Shown piece after piece: positions 1-10,245 of a stretch of DNA of 64,000 bases. The number at the start of each line of letters is the position of its first letter. The stretch's first letter is position 1. The DNA is taken from the NCBI GenBank assembly GCA_965214405.1, contig OZ243956.1, positions 1,344,001 through 1,408,000 on the forward strand, in the 5' to 3' direction. The notes beneath the pieces were generated by a model. That model saw nothing but the letters and a program-made list of their open reading frames with translations, was not told the origin of the DNA and did not search any database. The DNA is from Trueperaceae bacterium. GTDB taxonomy: Bacteria > Deinococcota > Deinococci > Deinococcales > Trueperaceae. The position numbers and the translations under genes are program-made.

Positions 1-449
1 ACGGGACCCTCGGTGAACCCTTGACCCAAAAGCGCGTCCACGCACATCGCCGCGGTCAAGCCCGCCGTGCCCAGCACCATCGCCTCCCGCAAGCTCAAAC
101 CCTCCGGCAGCCCCACCACCCAGTCGGCGGGCACGCGAATATACTCACCAAAGCCGCCGGGCGTATTCATACCCAAGTCGTACGAGGTGACGATGACCTC
201 GTCGCCCTCCTTGAACCGCACATCACTTGAAGCGACCACGCGCCCCGCCGCGTCGATGCCGGGCGTGTGCGGGTAGCTTTTGGTCACGCCGCGGTTGCCC
301 GTGGCTGACAGCGCGTCTTTGTAGTTGAGCGATGAGTAGGCGACGGCGACCGTGACGCCGTGCTCGGGAAGCGTGTCCATCCCGACTTTTTCCACCTTGC
401 GCGTTATGGTCTTGCCTTCTTCATGAATGCGGTAAGCGCGAAATTCCAT
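1..449 (-). CDS. YhdH/YhfP (AcuI-like) MDR-family quinone oxidoreductase, 3' end outside window
   Basis: Not in ORF track. Manual translation gives MEFRAYRIHEEGKTITRKVEKVGMDTLPEHGVTVAVAYSSLNYKDALSATGNRGVTKSYPHTPGIDAAG...GTAGLTAA. GGAGG RBS upstream. Confidence 0.9.
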   Translation of the reverse strand, partial: MEFRAYRIHEEGKTITRKVEKVGMDTLPEHGVTVAVAYSSLNYKDALSATGNRGVTKSYPHTPGIDAAGRVVASSDVRFKEGDEVIVTSYDLGMNTPGGFGEYIRVPADWVVGLPEGLSLREAMVLGTAGLTAAMCVDALLGQGFTEGP

Positions 450-602
450 ATTGCACCTCCACAAGAGTGTACCGGCACGAAAGCTTTTTTCACACCCCTT
501 TTCCAGTCAACCGTTCTATTTGCTCGCGTTACCCAACCTCCCAGTCATCCTAGTCAAACGTCCTACACCGGCCTCCGCCAAGAACCTGTTAAACTTGAGT
601 CT

Positions 603-1154
603 ATGGCAACGAAAAAAGCAAACTCGAGACGAGGCGCTAAATCACGCTTCAACCCTCTTCCCTGGCTTATCGGCGTCGGCGTGGCGCTGCTTATTGCGGT
701 TCCCATCTTTCTCAATGTGAGAGAGCGCCGGAGCGGTCCTGGCGAGTTTTTTGCGAGTCAGGGCAACAGGCACATCGCGCTCGGCTCTACCATTCCCCCC
801 TACAACTCGAACCCGCCCACCTCCGGCCCGCACACGCCCGACCTGGTCCAGTGGGGCACGTACGACTACGAGGTACCCGAAGAACGCCTCGTCCACAACA
901 TGGAAGATGGCGGCGTCATCCTCTGGTACAAGATGGGCACGCCCGAGGAGAACGAGGCGCGTATCAGTCAGTTGGAGGAGGCCTCGCGGGGCTACCGCCG
1001 CGTGGTCATCGCGCCCCGGAGCGACCTCGACACCCAGTACGCGCTCACCGCCTGGACGCGGCTCGATAAATTTGACACCTTTGACGCGGCGCGCGTCGAC
1101 GCGTTTCTGAACGCCTATGAGGGCATCGACCACCACGTCGCGGGAGTCGGTTAG
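603..1154 (+). CDS. DUF3105-type membrane-anchored protein
   Basis: N-terminal TM helix; YNSNPPTSGPH and LVHNMEDGGVILWY motifs. Start moved to ATG 603 (TAAACT -10 just upstream). Confidence 0.8.
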   Translation: MATKKANSRRGAKSRFNPLPWLIGVGVALLIAVPIFLNVRERRSGPGEFFASQGNRHIALGSTIPPYNSNPPTSGPHTPDLVQWGTYDYEVPEERLVHNMEDGGVILWYKMGTPEENEARISQLEEASRGYRRVVIAPRSDLDTQYALTAWTRLDKFDTFDAARVDAFLNAYEGIDHHVAGVG

Positions 1155-1248
1155 GTCTAAAACTTAACCGGGGTGCTTGAGGGCAGAAGAACGACCACGC
1201 GTGGGACTTCAGGTTTTTAGAAGTCTCTTTGGGAGCGTGCAGAGAGAA

Positions 1249-1282
1249 GAGGACCGAGTTCAAAGTATCTCACTCGGTCCTC
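1249..1282. terminator. Inverted repeat, probable terminator
   Basis: GAGGACCGAGT-12 nt loop-ACTCGGTCCTC, 11-bp perfect stem. Confidence 0.5.
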
Positions 1283-1443
1283 GGCACCTTCGTCTTTACT
1301 AAGGCAGAAGAACGTTCTATAGCTTCCTTTATGACGCTCACGATTAAGCGCTTATGAGCGCTTCGATAAAGGTGGTGCGGTAACAAGGCGGCTGCTATAC
1401 TGACGACCAGTTGGGCCAAATCCGGCCAAATCCGGGAGGTCGT

Positions 1444-1863
1444 ATGAAAAAGCTTTGGGTCTTGTGCATCCTTTTTATCGCCCTTGTCGTCGGGGCCTGC
1501 GCGCCCGCTGCCGGGCGTCCCGCCATCCCCTACGCGGCGACGCAGTCCGAAATCATTGGTGAGGTGTCGGCGTTCGGGCCGCTTATCCAGCCGGGCGGCT
1601 CCTACAATTACTTCAACATCGAGTCCATCGGCGGGAGCTACGTCACTTTGGTCGCTGACCAAATTACCGGTGCGCAACTTTTGAACGCGTTTGGGAGCGG
1701 GCCTGTTAACCAGCCCGTCCGGGTCATCGTGACGGTGGTGCAAGACGGCGGAGTGGCGAGAGTGGCGGTGGCCGAGCAGCCGAGAGGGAACAGCATTGCC
1801 AAGCGCGCGGCGGACACCATCGTCCAGAACCTCGACCAGCGTTTCCGCCGCGCGGGTGGTTAG
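1444..1863 (+). CDS. Hypothetical lipoprotein
   Basis: GGAGG RBS; MKKLWVLCILFIALVVGAC lipobox. Confidence 0.75.
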   Translation: MKKLWVLCILFIALVVGACAPAAGRPAIPYAATQSEIIGEVSAFGPLIQPGGSYNYFNIESIGGSYVTLVADQITGAQLLNAFGSGPVNQPVRVIVTVVQDGGVARVAVAEQPRGNSIAKRAADTIVQNLDQRFRRAGG

Positions 1864-1989
1864 AGAAGTTACTTGCGAGATATAAGGGCGACATGTCGGC
1901 TCGAGCAACCTTCACGCAGCCGAACGTCTAGCGCGCAGGCTGAGAAGCTTACCTGCGCGCTACGTTTTTCAGCGCTCGCGCAAGCCGCT

Positions 1990-2475
1990 CTAGTAGGTCG
2001 AATGCGCCTCAAATTCAGTCCTGCTCTCACGCCCTTCAGGCGGACGCTCCGCGCGCCTCTGCACAGCCAGAAGCAGGAGCGTGATGAGCGTAAACGCGGT
2101 CAGAGCCAAAACCGGGATGCTGATAAAGCCCAACCAGTTGATATAAGCCGCGCTGCAAGGCACCCCGACGCGGCAGAGCGCGGGCGCGCCGAAACCGGGG
2201 ATTTTTTGCTCGAGCACGTGGTAAATCGACACCGCCCCGCCCAAGACCGTGAGCGGCAGCGCGTAAACGGTGACGCCCCGGTCCTGGCGGTAACTCGCGA
2301 TACCCAAAAGGATCACCAGCGGGTACATCAGGATGCGCTGATACCAGCAGAGGGTGCAGGGGACGAAACCGCGCACCTCGCTAAAGTAGAGGCTCCCCAG
2401 CGTCGCGGTGAGCGCCACGAGCCACGCGAGGTAGAGGCCGCCCCCCTCTAAAACGCGCCGCACGCTTGTCCGCAC
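1990..2475 (-). CDS. bdbC: Disulfide bond formation protein, DsbB/BdbC family
   Basis: GSLYFSE...PCTLCWYQRI motif, second Cys pair CRVGVPC, 4 TM helices. Confidence 0.9.
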   Translation of the reverse strand: MRTSVRRVLEGGGLYLAWLVALTATLGSLYFSEVRGFVPCTLCWYQRILMYPLVILLGIASYRQDRGVTVYALPLTVLGGAVSIYHVLEQKIPGFGAPALCRVGVPCSAAYINWLGFISIPVLALTAFTLITLLLLAVQRRAERPPEGRESRTEFEAHSTY

Positions 2476-2477
2476 GC

Positions 2478-3146
2478 CTAGCTCCCGGCCTCGGCCAGCG
2501 CCGCGTTGATGGCGTCGGAAAGCGCCCCGTAGCTCGGCGCGCTCAGTTTGGTGCCGTCCACAAAAACGGAAGGCGTGCTGTTGACGCCCAGACGCTCCCC
2601 TGTCGCCAAGTCCGACGCGACCGCCTCGGCGTAGCGGTTCTCATTTAGGCAGGTCTCGAGCGCGCCCGCATCGAGCGCAGGGACATAATCGCGGGCGAGT
2701 TCCACGAGCCGCGCGGGGGTGGCCCAGGTTTCGCGTTCGGGTCCTTGTGAGCGGTAGATGGTGGTTTTGTAGTCCCAAAATGCCGCCGCGTTCTGGTTGT
2801 AAGCGCACTCACCCGCGACCGCGGCGGTCGTCGAATCGGGGCCGATAAAGGGGTAGTTAAAAAAGAACACCTCGACCTCTCCCGTGTCGACAAAGTCGCG
2901 TTTTAGCTGAGGGAACACGTTCTCTTCAAAGTTGAGGCAAGCCGGACACTTAAAGTCCTCAAAAACAGCAAGCTTGACCGGCGCATTGCTTTCCCCCAAC
3001 GAGGGCTGCGCGCGCAGGGTCTCGAGGCTCAGCGCGTCACCCGCAGAAACCGCGTCCCTATTGGCCCGCACATAAAGAAAAATACCGACCGCGACGGCGA
3101 CGAGCACTGCCGTGACGAGGGTGAGTCTTTGAGAAGATAGTTTCAA
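2478..3146 (-). CDS. bdbD: DsbA/BdbD-family thiol-disulfide oxidoreductase
   Basis: N-terminal TM; FEDFKCPAC active site; GVNSTPS cis-Pro loop; directly upstream of bdbC. Confidence 0.88.
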   Translation of the reverse strand: MKLSSQRLTLVTAVLVAVAVGIFLYVRANRDAVSAGDALSLETLRAQPSLGESNAPVKLAVFEDFKCPACLNFEENVFPQLKRDFVDTGEVEVFFFNYPFIGPDSTTAAVAGECAYNQNAAAFWDYKTTIYRSQGPERETWATPARLVELARDYVPALDAGALETCLNENRYAEAVASDLATGERLGVNSTPSVFVDGTKLSAPSYGALSDAINAALAEAGS

Positions 3147-3336
3147 CGTACCGCACCTCCGAGACTACTTTACTCCTCCGACCATTTTACTTCCCAGAGA
3201 AAAAGGTAGCTTGAGCATAAAAAACACGGGTGAAAATTCTTGCTTACGCATTTCACGCTCGAGGCTAAACTCGCTGCGTCGTGACAGGTAAGTATGAGGT
3301 CGAGTTTGAAGCATCTACATCCGAAGGAAAATGTAG

Positions 3337-3837
3337 ATGACGCCCAAAGGGGAGAATGTTCTCACCTGGGGGCTGGTGGCGTTATGCGCGGCGCTCGTTT
3401 TCATCAACCTGTGGCCGCGCCTCACGGTGCAGCGGGTCGAGGTGGTGGAGGACACGCCCGACATCACCTTGTCTATTGCGGGGGCGGTGCGGACGCCTGG
3501 GGTTTATACGCTGCCCTGGGGCTCGAGGATGGACACGCTCATCGAGGCCGCGGGCGGCTTCACCGCGTCCGCCGAGAAGACGCTTGTCAATTTAGCTGCG
3601 CCCCTAGACACCGGAGACACCATCTTCGTGCCCACCGTCCAAACCGAACAGGGCGAGACGCGCGTGAGCATCAACAGCGCCACAATAGCCGAACTCGACA
3701 CGCTGCCCGGCGTGGGACCCGCCACCGCGCAAAAAATCGTCGCGGCGCGGCCCTTTAACGAGGTGGACGACCTGCTCAACGTCTCGGGCATCGGCCCGGC
3801 GACGCTCCAAAAGCTGCGCCCCCTGGTTAAACCGTGA
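3337..3837 (+). CDS. comEA: Competence DNA-binding protein ComEA
   Basis: TM + SLBB domain (GAVRTPGVYTLP) + HhH motifs (INSATIAELDTLPGVGP, VSGIGP). Confidence 0.92.
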   Translation: MTPKGENVLTWGLVALCAALVFINLWPRLTVQRVEVVEDTPDITLSIAGAVRTPGVYTLPWGSRMDTLIEAAGGFTASAEKTLVNLAAPLDTGDTIFVPTVQTEQGETRVSINSATIAELDTLPGVGPATAQKIVAARPFNEVDDLLNVSGIGPATLQKLRPLVKP

Positions 3838-3840
3838 CGG

Positions 3841-6099
3841 TTGAGCCGTGGTGACCAAGTTGTGACTGAGGCTGGAAGGAGTGCACCTCGAGCCGCAACG
3901 GAAACGGAATCGCCCCCCACCCCGTTCATTCCCTGGTCGGTGCCCGCTGCGCTCTTCGTAACGCTTGGGGTGGCGCTGGCTGGATGGGGCTTTCCCTTGT
4001 GGACGGGTCTCCTCCCGCTTACGCTGCTACCGCTCGTGTTTCTCGGGAACACAAAAGATACCTGGCGGCTCATCGCGCTTCTTTCGCTCCTCGCGCCCGT
4101 CGGCTACGTCCGCTATGACCTGTGGGCGGCGCAGGCAAATCCGCTGGCGTCTCTTATGGGCGGGGCGCAGACCTTTTCCGGCGTGAGCGACGGGCGTTAC
4201 CTTATGCTCGACGCGCCCAGGGGCGTCCGAGTGGCGCTGTCGCCCTCGGGCGCGGTGGAGGCGGGGCGGGTGAGGCTCGAGGGGGAACTCGTCGAGGCCG
4301 CGGGCAAGCGCAACCCCGGCGGCTTCGACTACCGGAGCTACTTGCGGCGGCGGGACGTGTGGGCGCAGCTTAGAGTCGAAGAGGTGCTTGATTTTCGCCC
4401 CGCCACTATGAACGTCCGGGAGCGGCTGCGGCGCGGGGTGGTGGCGGGACTCGACGCGCGCGCGGCTGGCCTCATGCAGGCGATGACGTTGGGCCTCCGT
4501 GAAGATTTGGGCGACTTGCGTGAGACGTTCGCGGCCTCGGGTTTGGCGCACATCCTGGCCTTGTCGGGGCTCCACGTCGGTATCTTGATGGCGGCGTTAG
4601 GGTTCTTGCTGCGGCCTCTGGGAAGGGCGCGTTATCCGCTCATGATTGTGCTGGTACTTCTTTTTGTCGCGCTCGTCGGAGCCTCACCGAGCGTGCTGCG
4701 CGCTGGGATCATGGTCGCGGCGGTGCTGTGGTCGCTGTGGCTGGGAGGCGGGCGGCTCGAGCTGGGCGCAGCGTTGGGATTGGCGGCCTTTATTACACTG
4801 CTCTGGCACCCCGCGTATCTTTTCGACCTGTCTTTCCAACTCTCTTACTTGGCGGTGCTAGGAATTTTGCTCCTGACGGGACCGCTCACCAAACGACTGT
4901 TGGGCGAACGCGCCCAAACTCTCCCCCTCTGGCACCCGTCCAAATTTCTTATCGGCTCTATGGTCGTGAGCATGAGCGCGCAGGCCCTGAGCCTGCCCCT
5001 GGTCGTGAGCACCTTTAGCAGCACGCCGCTCCTCAGTCCTTTGGTCAACGTGGTGGCGGTGCCTCTGGCGTCGCTTTTGGTGCCGCTGGGTTTTCTCGCG
5101 GCGGTGCTGGGGCTCGTTTCCCTCTCCCTAGCTGGCCTCATCAACCACATGACGGGGGCGCTCGCAGGCGGGCTCATCGCGCTTGCGAACGCGGCGCAGG
5201 GTCTGCCGAGCCTCACCTGGGGAGAGATTGGCGCGACCGGCTACATCTTTTACGCGGTGGGGGCGTTCGCCGTGGTGCTGCTGGCGCGCGGGCTCCTGCG
5301 CCCCTGGCGCGGGCTTGTCGTGGTGATGGCGGCCATTACCGGCTCGATGTTGAGCGCGCCCGCGCATCAAGCGGAAATCGTTTATCTCGATGTGGGTCAA
5401 GGAGACAGCGCGCTCATCCGTCTGCCGGGGCGCGTCGAGATTCTGGTGGACGGTGGCGGCACGCCCTTTTCTGATTTCGACATGGGAGGCCGGACCGTGG
5501 TGCCCGCGCTCCGGGCTTTGGGGGTGGACGAACTCGAGCTCGTCATCGCCTCACACCCCGACACCGACCACATCGAAGGATTGTTAAGCGTGCTCCAAAC
5601 CATGCCCGTCGCGCGCTTAGCCGTCGGCTCGCCGCTGCCCGGTAACGAGCTTTTTGACGAACTTATGAGCGTGGCGGCGCGGCGGGGGGTGCCGGTGGAG
5701 GAGCTGGTGCGGGGGGAGAGTCTGGAGCTCGGCGGCGCGCGCCTGGACATCCTCAACCCGCCCCGCACGCCCTTTGAAAAACCTAACGACAACTCAGTTA
5801 CGTTTGTGCTTTCTTACAAAGGCGTCAAAGCCCTCTTTCAGGGCGACGCCAGCATGTTGGTCGAGGACGAACTGGCCTTTCCCGACGTGGACATCCTGAT
5901 GGTCGGTCACCACGGCTCGAGATTCTCGACCACCGAGGACCTTTTACGCGCGGCGAGGCCCGAAACGGCGGTCATCTCTTACGGTCGGAACACCTACGGC
6001 CATCCTAACCCTGACGTGCTCGAGCGCCTCCGCGCGCACGGCGTCACGGTCCACGAAACGTTCAAAGAGGGCGCGGTGAGGGTGCCGTTGGGGCCGTAA
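3841..6099 (+). CDS. comEC: DNA internalisation competence protein ComEC/Rec2
   Basis: RNPGGFDY, GLAHILALSGLHVG, SFQLSY; C-terminal MBL domain DVGQGD, SHPDTDH, GHHGS, YGHP. Exact start uncertain. Confidence 0.95.
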   Translation: MSRGDQVVTEAGRSAPRAATETESPPTPFIPWSVPAALFVTLGVALAGWGFPLWTGLLPLTLLPLVFLGNTKDTWRLIALLSLLAPVGYVRYDLWAAQANPLASLMGGAQTFSGVSDGRYLMLDAPRGVRVALSPSGAVEAGRVRLEGELVEAAGKRNPGGFDYRSYLRRRDVWAQLRVEEVLDFRPATMNVRERLRRGVVAGLDARAAGLMQAMTLGLREDLGDLRETFAASGLAHILALSGLHVGILMAALGFLLRPLGRARYPLMIVLVLLFVALVGASPSVLRAGIMVAAVLWSLWLGGGRLELGAALGLAAFITLLWHPAYLFDLSFQLSYLAVLGILLLTGPLTKRLLGERAQTLPLWHPSKFLIGSMVVSMSAQALSLPLVVSTFSSTPLLSPLVNVVAVPLASLLVPLGFLAAVLGLVSLSLAGLINHMTGALAGGLIALANAAQGLPSLTWGEIGATGYIFYAVGAFAVVLLARGLLRPWRGLVVVMAAITGSMLSAPAHQAEIVYLDVGQGDSALIRLPGRVEILVDGGGTPFSDFDMGGRTVVPALRALGVDELELVIASHPDTDHIEGLLSVLQTMPVARLAVGSPLPGNELFDELMSVAARRGVPVEELVRGESLELGGARLDILNPPRTPFEKPNDNSVTFVLSYKGVKALFQGDASMLVEDELAFPDVDILMVGHHGSRFSTTEDLLRAARPETAVISYGRNTYGHPNPDVLERLRAHGVTVHETFKEGAVRVPLGP

Positions 6100-6218
6100 A
6101 AGGCTAGAGAAGGCGAGAAAAAGAATCACCCCACCACCTCCGCCCCCTGGCTCCCTTATCCACCAGAATCAACCCCGCCTCAACGCCACCCTGACACGGA
6201 CATGGTACCTTAATCCCG

Positions 6219-6971
6219 ATGCCTCCCACGCCGCTACGTGTGTTGTCCGACCACGGCCCCATACGCGTCGAACTGGCGCGCTGGCAGGGGCGGCTGGTGG
6301 TGGTCAAACGCCTGCGCGTCCCCTCGCCCGTCCTGGCCGCGCGTTTAGAGCGCGAGGCGGAGGTGGCGCAGCGCTTGGAGCACGAGAACATCGTGCCTTT
6401 GTTGGCCGTAGAGAACAGCGCGCTGATTTACGACTACTGCCAGGGGATGAATCTGGCCGAGGCGATGGAGGAAGGGGCGCTGCGCCTCGAGCGGGCGGTG
6501 CGTATTGTCACGGACGTGTTGAGGGCGCTCGAGTACGCCCACGCGCGCGGCGTGATTCACTTTGACGTCAAACCGTCCAACATTATGATAAAGAACGAGC
6601 GGGCGCTCCTGACCGACTTCGGCTTTGCCAAAGACCTGGCGCTCGCCAAAATCACGCACCAGGGTGTGCTGTTAGGCACGCCCAACTACATGGCCCCCGA
6701 GCAGTTCGCGGGGCAGCGCAACGACCTCAGGAGCGACCTCTATTCGACGGGGGCGGTGCTCTACCACATGCTGACAGGCGGGCCACCTTATGGGAGCGGG
6801 GTAATTCGCTTTTTGGTGGGCGATGAGCGGGTGGTGCTCGAGCCCCTGCCCGACCGCGCGGCCTCTCTGGCGCAGGTCGTCAGCACCGCCCTCTCCCGCG
6901 CGCCCGAGGCCCGCTACGGCAGCGCGAGCGCTATGTTGTCTGCTTTGATAAAGGCGCTCGAGACCTCCTAG
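6219..6971 (+). CDS. Hanks-type Ser/Thr protein kinase, catalytic domain only
   Basis: VVKRL, IHFDVKPSN, DFG, GTPNYMAPE, DLYS motifs. Confidence 0.9.
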   Translation: MPPTPLRVLSDHGPIRVELARWQGRLVVVKRLRVPSPVLAARLEREAEVAQRLEHENIVPLLAVENSALIYDYCQGMNLAEAMEEGALRLERAVRIVTDVLRALEYAHARGVIHFDVKPSNIMIKNERALLTDFGFAKDLALAKITHQGVLLGTPNYMAPEQFAGQRNDLRSDLYSTGAVLYHMLTGGPPYGSGVIRFLVGDERVVLEPLPDRAASLAQVVSTALSRAPEARYGSASAMLSALIKALETS

Positions 6972-6996
6972 AAAGCGAGCGGGCCTGTGCGTGCTT

Positions 6997-7066
6997 GATC
7001 CCCCCTGGCCCGCAAACACCGTTCTCACTTCGTTCGGACCCTCTACAAGGGGGATTTAGGGGGATT
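6997..7066. repeat. REP-like palindromic element
   Basis: GATCCCCCCT...AAGGGGGATTTAGGGGGAT inverted ends in an intergenic region. Confidence 0.4.
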
Positions 7067-7132
7067 CATGTACTGAAAAGCAACAGACTCAACGTTCCTT
7101 AGGATAAGCTCTGTTCAAAGTACACTGTAAGC

Positions 7133-8065
7133 ATGATTTTAGCCTTTAGCGGCGACCCCTTTCTGGCCTCGCGGGCGGCGCGGCGGGCGCTTAGAGCCCA
7201 AGTCAGCGCGGAGGCGACGACCGAACTCGGCGCGGGCATGACCGGCGACGAGGTGGCGCAACTCGCGGCGCAGTCGGGGCTTTTCGGCGCGGTCGCGCTT
7301 CTGTTGGACTTTGACGCCGCCTTTACGGGTCAGGCCGGGGTCAAGCCGCGTAATGAGGTTGTAAAGGCGCTCGAGACCGTACCCGCCGACGCGCTCGTTG
7401 TGGTGCTCGATTCAAACGCGACCGCCGCGAGGCAAAAAACGTATCAAAGCTTGGGGAGGCTCGAGCATTTGCCGACGCCCCGCTTCAACGCGCTCGCCTC
7501 TTGGGTGCGCGGCGAACTCAAAGCCGAGGGCGTCCGCTTCGATAAAGATGTCCCCGACACGCTCGCCGACCTTTTCGGCGAGGACCTGCCGGGCATCGCC
7601 GCCGAGGTTCAAAAGCTCGCGGTTTTGGGCGAGACCCTGACGAGCGCGTGGGTACGCGAGGTCGTGAACCGTCCCGCCGCCCGCGACGCCTTTGGCTTTA
7701 TCGACGCGCTTACTCAAGGAGACGCGCGGGCGGCGCTCCTCGTGCTGCGCTCGCTCCAGGCGCAGGGCGAAGCGCCGCCGCGGGTTTTGGGCGCGCTAAG
7801 CTGGCAGTTTGGGCTGGTCGCGCGGTGCGTGGGGCTCCGCGAAGACCGTGGGGAGGTGAGCGCGGGCTTTGTCGCGCAAACGCTCAAGGTCAAGCCTTTT
7901 GTCGCCCAGAAAGCACTCGGTCTTGCTCGAGGCCTCGACGAAGCGCGCCTGTTGGGGGTGCTCACCGCGCTCTTGCAAGCCGACGTCGCCATGAAAACGG
8001 GGGGGGACGGGGTGTGGGCGTTGGAGGCGCTGGCGCTCGAGCTGGCAGGGTTTTTTGAAGCTTGA
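7133..8065 (+). CDS. holA: DNA polymerase III delta subunit
   Basis: 310 aa; EVQKL, AFGFIDAL, KVKPFVAQKA, ADVAMKTG; comEA-comEC-holA synteny. Confidence 0.88.
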   Translation: MILAFSGDPFLASRAARRALRAQVSAEATTELGAGMTGDEVAQLAAQSGLFGAVALLLDFDAAFTGQAGVKPRNEVVKALETVPADALVVVLDSNATAARQKTYQSLGRLEHLPTPRFNALASWVRGELKAEGVRFDKDVPDTLADLFGEDLPGIAAEVQKLAVLGETLTSAWVREVVNRPAARDAFGFIDALTQGDARAALLVLRSLQAQGEAPPRVLGALSWQFGLVARCVGLREDRGEVSAGFVAQTLKVKPFVAQKALGLARGLDEARLLGVLTALLQADVAMKTGGDGVWALEALALELAGFFEA

Positions 8066-8154
8066 TGGATTTTCGGCGGACGCTTTGGGGTGAAGTAACC
8101 TCGGTCTCAAAGGACAACGTGGGGGGGCTCGAGCGGCTGCGGTATGCTCCCTCT

Positions 8155-9105
8155 GTGTCAAGCTTAACGGAACGTTTTCTGGCTCGAGACGAACGCGCCT
8201 TAGCGCGCGCCATCAGCCTCGTCGAGGCGGGGACCGAGGCCGGAGGAAACCTCCTCCGGGCGGTGCGTAAAGCCGGTGGAGAGACTGACGAAAGGATTGG
8301 TGCGCGCATCATCGGCGTGACGGGCGCGCCGGGGAGCGGCAAGAGCACCCTGGTGGACCGGCTCATCGGCGTGGCGCGCGCCCTCGAAAGGCGCGTGGCG
8401 GTGGTGGCGGTGGACCCGACGAGCCCCTACACCGGCGGCGCGATTTTGGGCGACCGTATCCGCATGACGCGCTGGCACCAGGACCCGGAGGTCTACATCC
8501 GCTCGATGGCGACGCGCGGGCATTTGGGCGGCTTAGCGACCGCGACGTTACAAGTCGTCGCGCTTTTGGAGGCTTACGGCTTCGATGACGTGTTTATCGA
8601 AACGGTCGGCGTGGGCCAGTCGGAGGTGGACATCGTCAGGGTCGCGGACAGCACGCTGCTGGTGCTGACGCCGGGGCAGGGCGACAGCGTCCAGACCGTC
8701 AAGGCGGGCGTGATGGAAATCGCCGACGTGTTCGCCGTCAACAAGGCCGACCACCCCGGCGGCGGTCGCTTGAAACGCGAGTTGGCCGCGCTCTTAGAAC
8801 TCGGTCTCAAAGAAGAAGGCTGGCGTCCCCCCATTTTAGAAACGGTTGCTTCCAAGGGCGAGGGCGCAGAGGAACTTTTCGAGGAGTTGGGCGCGCATCA
8901 TGAATATTTGCAAAGCGCGGGCGCTTTGGAGGCGCGGCGGCGGGCGCGCGCCCGCTTCGAGGTGTCCGCGCTCCTCACCGAGAGAATGCGGCGCGAACTC
9001 GAGTCCCGCGAGGAAACATTCGTAGACGCGGTGTTGCAGGGCGAGCTGAGTTCGGCGGAGGCGGTGAGAAAGCTGTTGGCAGTGATGGATAAAAGCAGTG
9101 GATAG
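8155..9105 (+). CDS. meaB: MeaB/ArgK GTPase (methylmalonyl-CoA mutase-associated)
   Basis: GVTGAPGSGKST, VDPTSPYTGGAILGDRIRM, ETVGVGQSE, NKAD. Start set at GTG 8155 after TATGCT -10. Confidence 0.92.
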   Translation: MSSLTERFLARDERALARAISLVEAGTEAGGNLLRAVRKAGGETDERIGARIIGVTGAPGSGKSTLVDRLIGVARALERRVAVVAVDPTSPYTGGAILGDRIRMTRWHQDPEVYIRSMATRGHLGGLATATLQVVALLEAYGFDDVFIETVGVGQSEVDIVRVADSTLLVLTPGQGDSVQTVKAGVMEIADVFAVNKADHPGGGRLKRELAALLELGLKEEGWRPPILETVASKGEGAEELFEELGAHHEYLQSAGALEARRRARARFEVSALLTERMRRELESREETFVDAVLQGELSSAEAVRKLLAVMDKSSG

Positions 9106-9167
9106 TGGTTAGCCAAAAACTAATCACTCACCACTAACTACTCACCCCTGCTCTTAGCGTAGACTAA

Positions 9168-9665
<498 letters not shown>

Positions 9666-9705
9666 TTTAGCCTTTTAGACACGTTGTTTAACCTTATGTG
9701 ACGGG

Positions 9706-9981
9706 CTAATACACCTCGTCATGCGTGCCTATATCAACCAGCACGACAAGCTCCCGGTCCTCCGCCTTGTTGAGAAATACGATGCGGCAGTCGTAGCCGC
9801 ATGAGCAAGCAAAAAGCCCCGCAAGCTCCCCTGACAGTTTATGCGTACGCAAGGAAGGGGGGACTATGTCTTCTCACACTAAACCGAGAGTGGTACCAAT
9901 CTTTCTCTGTAAACTTTTGTCGCGTTTCACAAACTTACGGTAAGCAGGCTCAAATTTGGGGCTGAAAACCAGCTCCCTCAT
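9706..9981 (-). pseudogene. YafQ/RelE-family mRNA interferase toxin with internal stop
   Basis: Manual translation MRELVFSPKF...LGLV*EDIVPPSLRTHKLSGELAG...YDCRIVF...DIGTHDEVY*. In-frame TGA at 9874-9876; ATGA overlap with the antitoxin. Confidence 0.85.
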
Positions 9982-10205
9982 GGACTCGTTTCATCAAGTG
10001 ACGTGTGCAGCCGAACGAGCGCCTCATCTAAGGGTTCGGGTTTGAGCTTGCCAGCCTCGAGCAGCGCCCTGGCTTCACGCGCGTTCTCGGCAATCTGGGC
10101 TCGCCTCGCCTCGATGTGCCGACGGCGTACGATGTCCAGCAGCAGTTCCCGCTCATCCGGCGAAAGCTCCATCACCACGTCCAAAGCGCTGTCAAGTGTG
10201 ACCAT
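9978..10205 (-). CDS. Putative type II antitoxin
   Basis: 75 aa; translationally coupled to the downstream toxin; TAGAAT -10 six nt before ATG. Confidence 0.7.
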   Translation of the reverse strand: MVTLDSALDVVMELSPDERELLLDIVRRRHIEARRAQIAENAREARALLEAGKLKPEPLDEALVRLHTSLDETSP

Positions 10206-10245
10206 AAATCTATTCTAGCGCTCTAACCATCAACGCGTGAAGGTT

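Noticed and set aside
9874..9876. Selenocysteine or read-through at the toxin TGA
   Set aside because: Not a Cys-type position, no evident SECIS, and TGA is a normal stop elsewhere in the window.
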